A stretch of 64,000 nt of DNA from NCBI GenBank assembly GCA_965204165.1, contig OZ241969.1, positions 4,836,997-4,900,996 on the forward strand, in the 5' to 3' direction. The position numbers were made by a program, and so were the translations under genes. This DNA comes from Candidatus Poriferihabitaceae bacterium (GTDB lineage: Bacteria; Pseudomonadota; Gammaproteobacteria; Arenicellales; Poriferihabitantaceae). Below are positions 20,157-31,044 of the stretch, piece after piece; within the stretch, counting starts at the first letter, position 1, and the number at the start of each line of letters is the position of its first letter. The notes below the pieces were generated by a model. It was not told the origin of the DNA. It saw nothing but the letters and a program-made list of their open reading frames with translations, and did no database searches.

Positions 20157-21103
20157 CGATCATGCGTTCGGACGGTTCGCGGAAGAACGACTGCGAGCGC
20201 AACGCGGCGAAGCGTCTGCTGCGTGACGTCCGTCGCGAGCATCCGCACCTGAAGCTGCTGGTGGTGGAGGATGCGCTGGCGTCGAACGGGCCGCACATCC
20301 GGCTGCTGGGGGAACTGGACATGCGGTATGTCCTGGGCGTGAAGCCGGGGGACCATGGGGAACTGTTCCGCCGTGTCGAGGCCTCGGCGGCGACCCGTAC
20401 CGTGGAGAGGTCGGAAGGGGGCGGCAGCCGTTTCCGGTTCCGGTTTCTGAACGGCGTACCGCTGAACCAGGCGAACCCCGATCTGGCAGTGAACTTCCTG
20501 GCGTGCCGGGAGACCCGCCCCGATGGCCGGGAACTGCACTTCTCCTGGGTCACGGACATGGAGGTCACGGAATCGAACGCGCATGACCTGATGCGGGCCG
20601 GACGCGCCCGTTGGCGCATCGAGAACGAGACGTTCAACACCCTGAAGAACCAAGGCTACGGCTTCGAGCACAACTTTGGTCACGGCAAGCGGCATCTGGC
20701 GACGGTGTTCGCCCACCTGACGATGCTGGCGTTCCTCATCGACCAGGTGCGGCAGCGGTGCTGTGCGCTGTTCCGGGCGGCCCGGGAGAAGGCGGGCGGT
20801 TCGAAATACCTGTGGGTGCGGTTGCGCGGGCTGTTCACGGAGTTCTACATTCCGGACCGGGAGACCCTGTACCGGGCGATCGCGTTCGGGCACCGGAAGA
20901 CGGAGTTGGTGCCCTTCGACACTTCCTGACCCGGCGGCCGTGTCCGAATATGCAACGGGCCGGTTCTTCGGGGAATCATGTGGCCAGCAGACAATCCGGC
21001 ACACCGCCCGGAGGGGGTTCCCTCCCCGCGTAGTCGGGGAACAGGGGCTCAAACCATGAAATCCGCCGAATCCAATCCGTGATAGGATTAGCGGGAATTG
21101 CTG
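20157..21103 (+). mobile_element. 5'-truncated copy of the ISNCY (ISDol1-like) element at 38468-40087
   Basis: Near-identical to 39141-40087 (about 3 substitutions seen); keeps the right IR GCGGGAATTGCTG. Confidence 0.92.
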
Positions 21104-21291
21104 AATAGAATGAAGTGCTGATGCCGATGACCGCAACGATGCCTGCAACCTCCACACCGGGAGAACCCGAAATGCTGGATCACATACCTGAAGAACGCGC
21201 CCCGAGCCTGATTTCCATGACCGGGAGCCCCCGGCCCCGGCGGGATTTTCCGCCGTCCCGGATATGGGAAGAATAAAGTCACGGGAGGGAG

Positions 21292-21319
21292 TTGACAGGG
21301 CGGACGGAGCCGATAAAAT
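21292..21319 (+). promoter_or_regulatory. sigma70-like promoter TTGACA-16-TAAAAT
   Basis: Near-consensus hexamers; conserved in the homologous leader at 41517-41544 (minus strand). Confidence 0.55.
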
Positions 21320-21324
21320 GCCTT

Positions 21325-21415
21325 GCCAGCGGCCAGCGGCCAGCGGCCAGCGGCCAGCGGCCAGCGGCCAGCGGCCAGCGGCCAGCGGCCAGCGGCCAGC
21401 GGCCAGCGGCCAGCG
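21325..21415 (+). repeat. heptamer simple-sequence repeat (GCCAGCG)13
   Basis: 91 bp of perfect repeat ending 2 nt before ATG 21418. Confidence 0.97.
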
Positions 21416-21417
21416 GC

Positions 21418-24400
21418 ATGAGGTGCGCCCGGCGCGAGGCCGGCCCGCCTGACCCGGCCGCCGCCCCTCGCGGGCGCGGGCGCAAGCTTCTCTACCTTCT
21501 TGCTGTCCCGTTTGCGGCCCTGTCCCCGTGGCGCCGCCTCGCCCTTCTCCCCGCCGCGCTGCTGCTCTTCGCCCTCCTCGCCGCCGCCGACGCGCGGGCC
21601 CAGGCGCCGCCCGCACCGACGGGTTTGGCGCTCACCGCGGGCGACGGGCAGTTCACCGCGACCTGGAACGCCTCGCCGGGCGCCGGCACCTACGTCATCC
21701 GGTACGCCCCCCAGGGCAGAGCATGGGCCGCGGTCTTCGCGAGGCCCGGCACGGCCACGAGCAAGACGATCGTCAGCAGCTCCGCCATCACGATCTCCAA
21801 CGGGACGACCTACTGGGCCAGGATCAGGGCGTGCGCGGGCACCGCGACCAGCGGCGCGAACTGCAGCGCCTTGAGCGCGCAGGCGACCGTCACGCCCCGG
21901 GCCGCCACCGCACCGCCGCCCACGCCGACGGTTTCGCTGTCGGCCTCTCCGAACCCTGTGACGGAGGGGTCGTCGGTGACGTTGAAGGCGACGCTCTCCG
22001 CGGCGCTGTCGAAAGACGTGACGATCCCGGTGACGACGACCCGGGGCACCGCCGAGCGGGGCGACGTCCCGACGCCGAACTACTTCATGCTGATACCGGC
22101 CGGCGAGACCGCGGCCGCGACCACCATCGCGACGGCGCAGGACACGGACACCGACGACGAGACCTTCACGCTGGCCCTGGCCGTGGGCGAGCTGCCCGCG
22201 GGGGTGTCGGCCGGCCGCCCGAACTCGGTGACGGTGATCATCGACGACGACGACGCGCCGGCGCCGCCCACGCCGACGGTTTCGCTGTCGGCCTCTCCGA
22301 ACCCTGTGACGGAGGGGTCGTCGGTGACGTTGAAGGCGACGCTCTCCGCGGCGCTGTCGAAAGACGTGACGATCCCGGTGACGACGACCCGGGGCACCGC
22401 CGAGCGGGGCGACGTCCCGACGCCGAACTACTTCATGCTGATACCGGCCGGCGAGACCGCGGCCGCGACCACCATCGCGACGGCGCAGGACACGGACACC
22501 GACGACGAGACCTTCACGCTGGCCCTGGCCGTGGGCGAGCTGCCCGCGGGGGTGTCGGCCGGCCGCCCGAACTCGGTGACGGTGATCATCGACGACGACG
22601 ACGCGCCGGCGCCGCCCACGCCGACGGTTTCGCTGTCGGCCTCTCCGAACCCTGTGACGGAGGGGTCGTCGGTGACGTTGAAGGCGACGCTCTCCGCGGC
22701 GCTGTCGAAAGACGTGACGATCCCGGTGACGACGACCCGGGGCACCGCCGAGCGGGGCGACGTCCCGACGCCGAACTACTTCATGCTGATACCGGCCGGC
22801 GAGACCGCGGCCGCGACCACCATCGCGACGGCGCAGGACACGGACACCGACGACGAGACCTTCACGCTGGCCCTGGCCGTGGGCGAGCTGCCCGCGGGGG
22901 TGTCGGCCGGCCGCCCGAACTCGGTGACGGTGATCATCGACGACGACGACGCGCCGGCGCCGCCCACGCCGACGGTTTCGCTGTCGGCCTCTCCGAACCC
23001 TGTGACGGAGGGGTCGTCGGTGACGTTGAAGGCGACGCTCTCCGCGGCGCTGTCGAAAGACGTGACGATCCCGGTGACGACGACCCGGGGCACCGCCGAG
23101 CGGGGCGACGTCCCGACGCCGAACTACTTCATGCTGATACCGGCCGGCGAGACCGCGGCCGCGACCACCATCGCGACGGCGCAGGACACGGACACCGACG
23201 ACGAGACCTTCACGCTGGCCCTGGCCGTGGGCGAGCTGCCCGCGGGGGTGTCGGCCGGCCGCCCGAACTCGGTGACGGTGATCATCGACGACGACGACGC
23301 GCCGGCGCCGCCCACGCCGACGGTTTCGCTGTCGGCCTCTCCGAACCCTGTGACGGAGGGGTCGTCGGTGACGTTGAAGGCGACGCTCTCCGCGGCGCTG
23401 TCGAAAGACGTGACGATCCCGGTGACGACGACCCGGGGCACCGCCGAGCGGGGCGACGTCCCGACGCCGAACTACTTCATGCTGATACCGGCCGGCGAGA
23501 CCGCGGCCGCGACCACCATCGCGACGGCGCAGGACACGGACACCGACGACGAGACCTTCACGCTGGCCCTGGCCGTGGGCGAGCTGCCCGCGGGGGTGTC
23601 GGCCGGCCGCCCGAACTCGGTGACGGTGATCATCGACGACGACGACACTCCCGCCCTGTCCTCGGACGCGAACCTGAGCGCGCTGACGGCGAGCAAGGCG
23701 ACGCGCGCGGCGGGGACGTACACGGGGCTGACCTTTGGGAACTTCTCCGCCGACAGACTCACCTACCATGCCAACGTGGGGGCCACGATCACCCACGTGA
23801 AGCTGACGCCGACGAGTGCGCACGGCGGCGCCTCGATCAAGGTCGGCAAGGGTGCCGGCCTGACGGCGGTGAACAGCGGCACGGAGAGCGGCGCGGTCGC
23901 GCTGGTGTCGGGCGCCGCGAACGGCATCAGGGTCGAGGTGACGGCCGAGGACGGCACGACGAAGAAGGTCTACACCGTCGTGGTGCAGCGGGGGGCCTCG
24001 GACACGGTGGAGCCCCCCGACGGTCCTTCCGGCTTGGCGCTGACCCCCGGGGACGGGAAGCTGGCCGCATCCTGGACCGCCAGCCTCGTCCAGTCGGGCG
24101 TGGTCGACGCCCCCACGCGCTACGAACTCATATGGTACGAGAGCACGGTCGCGAGTCCGGGCTGGGCCGGGAGTCACGTGAGGACCGTCACCGGCAACCC
24201 GCCCGCTACCGACTACGAGATCACCGGACTGACCAACGGCACCGGGTACAGGGTGCGCGTGCGGGCGTGCAACGCGGGCGGTTGCTCCCTGTCCGAAAGC
24301 CGGATCGCCACGCCCCGGGCGCCGACCCGGACGCCCGCCCTGTCCTCGGACGCGAGCCTGAGCGGTCTGACGCTGTCGTCGGGGACGCTGGCCTTCTCGC

Positions 24401-27400
24401 CCGGCACGCTGCGCTATTCCGTGGAGGTGGCGAACGAGGTTGCGAGTCTCGTGGTGACGCCGACGGCCAGCGACGGCGGGGCGAGCGTGACGGTGAACGG
24501 CGGGCCGCCGGGCGCTGCCGTCGCGCTCGGCGCGGGCGAGACCGTGGTCACCGTCCTTGTGACGGCCGCGGACGGGACGACGGTGCGGACGTATGAGGTG
24601 ACGGTGACGCGCGCTGCGGCGCCGTCGTCGCTGACGCTGAGCGCGGCTCCGGCGCCCGCGGAGGGCGGCGGCGTCGTGACGGTGACGGCGATCCTGGACG
24701 CGGCGGCGCCCCAGGGCGGCACGGTGGTGGCGCTGGCGCTCTCGGGCACCGCGGAGGGCGGCGGCACGGACTACCGGCTGTCGTCGCCGACCATCGCGAT
24801 CGCCGCGGGCGAGACGCAGGGCACGGCGACGATCGCCGTGGTGGATGACGCCGAGAACGACCCCGGCGAGACCATCGTCATCGACGCTTCGAGCGTGAAC
24901 CCGGCGCTGACGGCGGACCCGCTCACGCTGACCATCGCGGACAATGACAAGGCGGTGGCGACGGCGCTGACATTGCGCGCGGCGCCCGCGCCTGCGGAGG
25001 GCGGCGGCGCGGTGACGGTGACGGCGGCATTGAACGGCCCGGCGCCGGAAGGCGGCACGGTGGTGACGCTCTCCGTGGGTGCGGCGAGCACCGCCACGGA
25101 TGCCGACTACCGGCTGTTGTCCACGATCATCCGGATTGCTGCGGACGAGACCAGCGGCACGGCGGTCCTGAGCGTGATCGACGACGCGGTGGACGACGAC
25201 GGCGAGACGATCGTGCTGAGCGCGACGAGCGACGCACCGGCGCTGACGGCGGACCCGCTCACGCTGACCATTGCCGACAATGACGCGGTTCCGGCGTCTC
25301 TGCGCCTGGCGTCCTCGCCGGCTCCTGCGGAGGGCGGCGGCGTCGTGACGGTGACGGCGATCCTGGACGCGGCGGCGCCCCAGGGCGGCACGGTGGTGGC
25401 GCTGGCGCTCTCGGGCACGGCCGAGGGCGGCGGCGTGGACTACACGCTGTCCTCCGCGACCATCGCGATCGCCGCGGGCGAGACGCAGGGCACCACGACG
25501 GTCACGATTGTTGACGATGCGGTCGAGGACCCGGGCGAGACCATCGTCATCGACGCTTCGAGCGTGAACCCGGCGCTGACGGCGGACCCGCTCACGCTGA
25601 CCATCGCGGACAATGACGCTGCGGTGGCGACGGCGCTGACATTGCGCGCGGCGCCTGCGCCTGCCGAGGGCGGTGGCGCGGTGACGGTGACGGCGTTGCT
25701 GGACGCGGCGGCGCCCCGGGGCGGCACGGTGGTGGCGCTGGCGCTCTCGGGCACGGCCGAGGGCGGCGGCGTGGATTACACGCTGTCCTCCGCGACCATC
25801 GCGATCGCCGCGGGCGCGACGCAGGGCACGGCGACGGTCACGATTGTTGACGATGCGGTCGAGGACCCGGGCGAGACCATCGTCATCGACGCTTCGAGCG
25901 TGAACCCGGCGCTGACGGCGGACCCGCTGACGCTCACCATCGCCGACAATGACAAGGCGATGAACCTGATGCCGTCGTTCGGGACGGCGACGGTTGCCGA
26001 CCGGTCGTTCATGGCGGGCACGGCGATTACGGCGCTCTTGCTGCCGGCGGCGGCGGGCGGCGACGGGGCGCTGAGCTACCGCCTGACGCCGGCCCTGCCG
26101 CCGGGGCTCGTGCTGGACGCGGCCACGCGCACGTTGCGCGGTACGCCGACGGAGCCGCGGGGGTCGCGGCAATACACCTGGACGGCGACGGACGCGGACG
26201 GGGACAGCGCCATGCTGACCTTTGCGCTCGCGGTGACGGAGGATGCGCGCCCTGCGGAGGTGGAGGAAGCCGTGAAGCGGGCGCTTGCGGCGTTGGCGCG
26301 GCGCGCAATGGCGGGGGCGCTGGACAATATCGGCGCGCGGTTCGCCGACATCGGCGCGAGCGGGATGTCGCTGGCGGGCCGGCGGGTGCCGCTGGAGGGC
26401 GGCGCCGCGCAGGCGGCGATGGCGGAGGACGCCGGGCTCCGGCGCTGCGCAGCGGATCGGCGCCCGGCCGACGGCGGCGCGTCCGGCGCACCGGCTGGCT
26501 GTGCGCCGGCGGGGTGGAGCCGGTCGATGACGGCGGCGGGCCTGTTCGGGGCGAGCGGCTTCTCGCTGCATCTGGGCGCGTCCGGCGGAGAGGACGGGGT
26601 TTCCACCCCGGCGGCAGCGCTGTGGTCGGTATGGGGAGGGGGCGACCTCGGGACGTTCGCGGGCCGCGGTGCGGCGGGGCTCGGCTACGACGGCAGGCTT
26701 CGCACGGGCTGGCTGGGGGTCGACGCGCGGTCCGGGTCCTGGGTTGCCGGGCTGGCGGTGTCGCGCGATGAGGGCGAGGCGGACTACGGCTTCGCCGAGG
26801 GCGCTCTTGCCGGCCGGGGCCGGCTGGAGGCGGCGCTGACCTCGGTCTACCCCTACGGGCGCTGGACGCTGGACGACGGGCTGGAGCTGCGCGCGGTCGT
26901 GGGCGCGGGCTGGGGCGAGGCGCGCCACAAGCCGGAGGCCGGGAAAGCCGGGACGGGCGGCCTGTCGATGCGGATGGCGTCGCTGGGGGTCAGGCGCGCG
27001 CTTCCCAATGTCGCCGGCATGGCGCTGGCGCTACGGGCGGATGCGAGCGTGACGCGGATCGAGACCGGCGACGGCCCGGAGGCGATCCATGGCCTGAGCG
27101 CCGACAGCTGGCGGCTGCGGGCGGGGCTGGAAGCCTCGAGGCGCATCGCGCTCGCGGGCGACGGCGCGTTCGAGCCGTTCTTCGAGGCGGCGGCGCGTCG
27201 GGACGGCGGCGACGATCTCGAGGGGAGCGGCGTGGAGCTTGCCGGGGGGCTGCGCTGGCGCGCGCCGGGCGTGTCCGTCGAGGCGCACGGCCGATGGCTT
27301 GCGATGCACAGCGAGGACGGCGCGGAGGAGAAGGGCGCGAGCCTGACGGCGCGGGTGGGTCCGGGCGCCGACGGGCGGGGCCTGTTCTTCTCGCTTGCGC

Positions 27401-27729
27401 CCCGCTGGGGTGCGGCGACGGGCGCGGCGCGGGCGCTGTGGAACGAGGAGATGCCGAACCCGGCGGCGTCGGACGGCGCTGCCGCGGTGGACGCGCGGGT
27501 GGGCTACGGCATGGCGCTGTTCGGCGGCCGCTTCACCGGCACGCCCAACCTCGGCTTCGGGCTGTCGGACGGCGGGGCGCGCGACTACAGGCTCGGCTGG
27601 CGGCTCAACTCCGCGGTGCCGGGCGACACCGGCTTCGAGGTCAGCCTCGACGCGACGCGGCACGAGGCCGCCAACGACAACGCGCCGCCCGAGCACGGCG
27701 TGATGCTCCGGAGTTCGATCCGCTGGTGA
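21418..27729 (+). CDS. giant autotransporter-like adhesin (FN3, Calx-beta-like, cadherin-like beta-sandwich and Ig repeats, C-terminal beta-barrel); start uncertain (TTG 21292 or ATG 21418)
   Basis: Signal peptide ...LLAAADARA|Q; FN3 (PTGLALTAGDG...YWARIRA); IIDDD repeats; SDANLSAL; LPPGLVLD Ig; barrel ending in W. Confidence 0.88.
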   Translation: MRCARREAGPPDPAAAPRGRGRKLLYLLAVPFAALSPWRRLALLPAALLLFALLAAADARAQAPPAPTGLALTAGDGQFTATWNASPGAGTYVIRYAPQGRAWAAVFARPGTATSKTIVSSSAITISNGTTYWARIRACAGTATSGANCSALSAQATVTPRAATAPPPTPTVSLSASPNPVTEGSSVTLKATLSAALSKDVTIPVTTTRGTAERGDVPTPNYFMLIPAGETAAATTIATAQDTDTDDETFTLALAVGELPAGVSAGRPNSVTVIIDDDDAPAPPTPTVSLSASPNPVTEGSSVTLKATLSAALSKDVTIPVTTTRGTAERGDVPTPNYFMLIPAGETAAATTIATAQDTDTDDETFTLALAVGELPAGVSAGRPNSVTVIIDDDDAPAPPTPTVSLSASPNPVTEGSSVTLKATLSAALSKDVTIPVTTTRGTAERGDVPTPNYFMLIPAGETAAATTIATAQDTDTDDETFTLALAVGELPAGVSAGRPNSVTVIIDDDDAPAPPTPTVSLSASPNPVTEGSSVTLKATLSAALSKDVTIPVTTTRGTAERGDVPTPNYFMLIPAGETAAATTIATAQDTDTDDETFTLALAVGELPAGVSAGRPNSVTVIIDDDDAPAPPTPTVSLSASPNPVTEGSSVTLKATLSAALSKDVTIPVTTTRGTAERGDVPTPNYFMLIPAGETAAATTIATAQDTDTDDETFTLALAVGELPAGVSAGRPNSVTVIIDDDDTPALSSDANLSALTASKATRAAGTYTGLTFGNFSADRLTYHANVGATITHVKLTPTSAHGGASIKVGKGAGLTAVNSGTESGAVALVSGAANGIRVEVTAEDGTTKKVYTVVVQRGASDTVEPPDGPSGLALTPGDGKLAASWTASLVQSGVVDAPTRYELIWYESTVASPGWAGSHVRTVTGNPPATDYEITGLTNGTGYRVRVRACNAGGCSLSESRIATPRAPTRTPALSSDASLSGLTLSSGTLAFSPGTLRYSVEVANEVASLVVTPTASDGGASVTVNGGPPGAAVALGAGETVVTVLVTAADGTTVRTYEVTVTRAAAPSSLTLSAAPAPAEGGGVVTVTAILDAAAPQGGTVVALALSGTAEGGGTDYRLSSPTIAIAAGETQGTATIAVVDDAENDPGETIVIDASSVNPALTADPLTLTIADNDKAVATALTLRAAPAPAEGGGAVTVTAALNGPAPEGGTVVTLSVGAASTATDADYRLLSTIIRIAADETSGTAVLSVIDDAVDDDGETIVLSATSDAPALTADPLTLTIADNDAVPASLRLASSPAPAEGGGVVTVTAILDAAAPQGGTVVALALSGTAEGGGVDYTLSSATIAIAAGETQGTTTVTIVDDAVEDPGETIVIDASSVNPALTADPLTLTIADNDAAVATALTLRAAPAPAEGGGAVTVTALLDAAAPRGGTVVALALSGTAEGGGVDYTLSSATIAIAAGATQGTATVTIVDDAVEDPGETIVIDASSVNPALTADPLTLTIADNDKAMNLMPSFGTATVADRSFMAGTAITALLLPAAAGGDGALSYRLTPALPPGLVLDAATRTLRGTPTEPRGSRQYTWTATDADGDSAMLTFALAVTEDARPAEVEEAVKRALAALARRAMAGALDNIGARFADIGASGMSLAGRRVPLEGGAAQAAMAEDAGLRRCAADRRPADGGASGAPAGCAPAGWSRSMTAAGLFGASGFSLHLGASGGEDGVSTPAAALWSVWGGGDLGTFAGRGAAGLGYDGRLRTGWLGVDARSGSWVAGLAVSRDEGEADYGFAEGALAGRGRLEAALTSVYPYGRWTLDDGLELRAVVGAGWGEARHKPEAGKAGTGGLSMRMASLGVRRALPNVAGMALALRADASVTRIETGDGPEAIHGLSADSWRLRAGLEASRRIALAGDGAFEPFFEAAARRDGGDDLEGSGVELAGGLRWRAPGVSVEAHGRWLAMHSEDGAEEKGASLTARVGPGADGRGLFFSLAPRWGAATGAARALWNEEMPNPAASDGAAAVDARVGYGMALFGGRFTGTPNLGFGLSDGGARDYRLGWRLNSAVPGDTGFEVSLDATRHEAANDNAPPEHGVMLRSSIRW
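21916..23646 (+). repeat. five apparently identical 348-bp (116-aa) tandem repeats
   Basis: Units start at 21916, 22264, 22612, 22960 and 23308; the fifth is a few bases short. Confidence 0.95.
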
Positions 27730-28538
27730 GAGGCGGCAGGCAGTGCGCCCGTCCAGTTCCAGGTCGGGGCTCGCAGTCGAACCGCCGGAAACGCGCTCTA
27801 TATCTACTACCTGACTATGTCGGGCACCACGAGGCCAAGTTCGAATCCGGTCCACAGGGAAAGGCTTCTTCGAAATCGCTTGCCGTGAGTACCCGACATA
27901 GTCCTGCCGGCGAGGAGGTCGCTTTCCTCGAATCCAGAGGCGCGGAGGTCCTCGCCGTGGAGGGCGACCACGGATCCATGTCCGACGGTCCCGCCGCCGC
28001 CAGGATCGTGGAACTGGTCGAGAACCGGGGCGAAGCGGTCACCCGCGCCCGACCGCCGCATTCGCGCAGACATCCGATGCCGTCACTTGGGAATCCGGCA
28101 GGCCCCTGAGACAAGGCCCCGGATTGAATTCCGCAACGCCTGCTACGGCCTGTTTGGCTATTCCACGGAAAGTTGCCACCTGTTCCACAGTGAAAGTTGC
28201 CACCCATTCCACGGCAAAGTTGCCATTTCATCCAGGGCACCTTCTCATCGGAGCGAAGCGACGCAACGGTCATCAGGCTGTAGGACTCAGATCCTCTCGC
28301 CCGGTCGCGGGTGCGTGACGAATCTTACGCCACGCACCCCCGTATTTCCAGTTTCCGGCGATCACCGGCGCCACCGCCTTTGGCTTTTCAAGGTCATTTA
28401 TTGACCTGCTTTTTCTCACCTGCAAGACAGCCCTGGTCCGTGATGACGGGCGACAAACTTGTTTGTCGCGCGGCATTGCGGAGAGCAAGCGAAGCGCGGT
28501 AGTGCGGCGGACGCCGATCCCGTTTCGGGTTGCCGGTT

Positions 28539-29312
28539 TCATTCCGGACCGGACTCCGGATCCCCGGATCCGGCCATCATGGCCACGGACTTCTTCTTCC
28601 GCATGGACTCGCCCTTGAGGCCGATCCGGTAGGCATTGTGCACCAGCCGGTCGAGGATCGCGTCCGCGAGGACCGGATCGCCAACGCCTTCGTACCAGCT
28701 CTCCACCGCCAGCTGGCTGGTCACCACGGTGGAACGGGCCCCGTACCGGTCCTCGAGGAGTTCCAGCAGGTCGCGGCGGTTTTCGGTGTTCATGTTCTCA
28801 AGGCCCCAGTCGTCGATCAGCAGGACGTCGACCCTGGCGAGGGCCGACAGCAGCTTGGGATACCGCCCGTCTCCCTTGGCGACGGCCAGGTCCCGCAGCA
28901 GTGCGGGGAAACGGACATACCGGGCATGGTATCCCTCCCGGCACGCTTTCTGGGCCAGCGCACAGGCGATCCAGGTCTTGCCAACGCCGGTGGGTCCGGT
29001 GATCAGGATATTGAGATGGTCGGCGACCCAGCGGCAGGCTGCCAGTGACTGCATCAGGCCCCTGTCGAGGCCCCTGGGGGCACGGTAGTCGATATCCTCC
29101 ATGGCGGCGTTGTGCCTGAACCTGGCGAGCCGCAGGCGGGCGGTGAGCCGGCGGTCTTCCCGCTCGGTGGCCTCCCGGTCCACGAGGAGCCCGAGTCGCT
29201 CCATGAAGTCGAGTTCGTCAATGTCGGATATACTCGTCTGGTCGGCGAGGGCCGCGGCCATGCCGGTGAGTTTCAGTTTCTGGAGCTTGTCCAGGGTGGG
29301 ATGGTTCAACAT
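28539..29312 (-). CDS. istB: IS21 helper ATPase IstB
   Basis: GPTGVGKT Walker A, LLIDDWG, DAILDRLVH, GESMRK. Confidence 0.95.
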   Translation of the reverse strand: MLNHPTLDKLQKLKLTGMAAALADQTSISDIDELDFMERLGLLVDREATEREDRRLTARLRLARFRHNAAMEDIDYRAPRGLDRGLMQSLAACRWVADHLNILITGPTGVGKTWIACALAQKACREGYHARYVRFPALLRDLAVAKGDGRYPKLLSALARVDVLLIDDWGLENMNTENRRDLLELLEDRYGARSTVVTSQLAVESWYEGVGDPVLADAILDRLVHNAYRIGLKGESMRKKKSVAMMAGSGDPESGPE

Positions 29313-30366
29313 GTTGGTTTCTCCGGTTGTCGTTGAAGTCAAGAGGTCAGTGGTAATAGGAGGGGCCCCGGACATTCCCATGGTCATCCGGAAGGATGGA
29401 CTCCTGGGCGGGCTCCGGTTTTTTCCGGTCGAGTCCGTTCTTGAGGATCGCCTCGACGCTCCGGTACTTGAGGGTCTTCAGGTACAGGGCCCGTTTGCAG
29501 GCGGCGTTGAGCCGCTCGTTGCCGTAGGACTGGCCGAGGCGCATGATGCCGAGGCAGGCGCGGAAGGCCTGCTGGGGATGTTGGCGCGAAGCCATCATCT
29601 TCTTCACCAGCGCCGCGGTGTCGGGGCCAGCCTTTCCGGCCCATGCGACGATGCGCTCCGGGGACCATTCCCCCACCTTGCGGTGCTTCTCTGGCATGTG
29701 TTCCGAGGCAGTGGTGTGCCTGCCCCGCAGCCAGGAGCGCCGGTGGCTCGCGACCCGCTGGCCCTTGTGGAGGCATTCGATGGTGTTGCGGGTGGCCCGG
29801 AGTTCGATCTCGATCCCGACGAGTGCGCAGGGAACGGAGTACCAGTGCTTGTCGAACTCGACGTGATAGTCCGTGCTGTGGACGCGGACCTTCTTCCACT
29901 CGGCGAACTCGTAGGGCTCCCGGGGCAGTGGTTTCAGGGCCGGCCTGTCGAGCTCCTCGAAGAGTTCCCGGCGGCTGCCGGGGAGCTTCTGGAACGGCTT
30001 GTTGTTGAGTTTCTCCAGCAGCTGCCCGATCTCGATGTTGACCTCCCGCAGGGAGAAGAACCGCCGGTTGCGCAGGGCCGCGAGGATCCAGTGTTACGTC
30101 CCTGATTAAACCGTCATGGATGATGGTTTTTGACCCGGACTGTTCCGTGCCGGGGTGGTGCACTATCTGATATAAAGCGGGACGCTTTTCTTCCGGGCAG
30201 CTGTTTTCCGGCAGCCCCTTTCGAGCAGCGGGATTCGAGCAGCCGTCATGGTGCCGACGTTGGCGCCGTGACGGTTTTCCCCTGTTCATCCCGGCCGGCG
30301 GTGACCGCCGTGGGTTTCGGGTGAATCAAAAAAGAAAGTGGCCCGCGCGATGGCGATCGCCGGGCC

Positions 30367-31044
30367 GTGAGCGGTGGAGGGCCCATTCAACTTCGACATA
30401 AAACGGGACTGACCGCTGAGGAGTATGTTATCCGGGAGGGCTGGCGGGAGGCAAGCCCCCCGCCGTGCCTTCTGGGCCTGGGGGCGGGATGCGGGATGTG
30501 CGGGCACGGGACCTACGAACGGGTGGAGCCGGCGGGGATGCGGGTGAGGCGGTGGTACTGCGCGTTCTGCCACACCACGTTCAGCGCGCTGCCCGACTGT
30601 CTGGCGTGCGGGGTGCGCGGGACCCTGGAGGCGATCGAGGAGATCGCGGTGGTGGCCGAGGCGTCCGGGAAGATGGCGGCGGTCCGTTTCTTTTTTGACT
30701 CCCATGTGGATCCGGTGATTCCATGGCGGCTGGTGCGCCGGCGGTGCGGGTGGATGGAGGACCTGCTGCGGATGCTGCCCGGCCTTCATCCGCGGTTCTT
30801 CGGCATGAAGCCGACGCTGGCGGACCTGCGCGCCCGGCTGGATTCGCAGACGGCGCTCCGGGACCTTCGGGCGCACTGTCACGGGCAGCTGGGCTCGATC
30901 ACGTTTCCTGTTGGATTCCGTCTGCCGCCGCGGCGCTGGAATCCATCGAGGGGGCCGCCAACAGGAAACGGCCATGGTTCGGGGTCGGCTGGGGGATCAG
31001 AATCGGTCCCACAACCATCCGGACCCCATGGAGGACCGCCATGA
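30367..31044 (+). CDS. DUF6431-like zinc-ribbon protein
   Basis: HGTYER...RVRRWYCAFCHTTFSALPDCL motif; stop overlaps the transposase ATG. Confidence 0.6.
   Translation: MSGGGPIQLRHKTGLTAEEYVIREGWREASPPPCLLGLGAGCGMCGHGTYERVEPAGMRVRRWYCAFCHTTFSALPDCLACGVRGTLEAIEEIAVVAEASGKMAAVRFFFDSHVDPVIPWRLVRRRCGWMEDLLRMLPGLHPRFFGMKPTLADLRARLDSQTALRDLRAHCHGQLGSITFPVGFRLPPRRWNPSRGPPTGNGHGSGSAGGSESVPQPSGPHGGPP

Noticed and set aside
21088-26928. 1946-aa minus-strand ORF and 1022-aa alternate-frame ORF
   Set aside because: Arg/Gly-rich shadows of the high-GC repetitive adhesin gene.
27780-28110. Possible alpha/beta-hydrolase C-terminal remnant (VEGDHGSM)
   Set aside because: Single weak motif with no start or catalytic Ser; unsupported.
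28160-28230. Regularly spaced AAAGTTGCCAC repeats here and at 35088-35180 resembling a mini-CRISPR
   Set aside because: Period is only 23-24 bp, spacers are not unique, no cas genes are present, and the arrays are inverted at the ends of istA/istB. They are IS21 terminal repeats.
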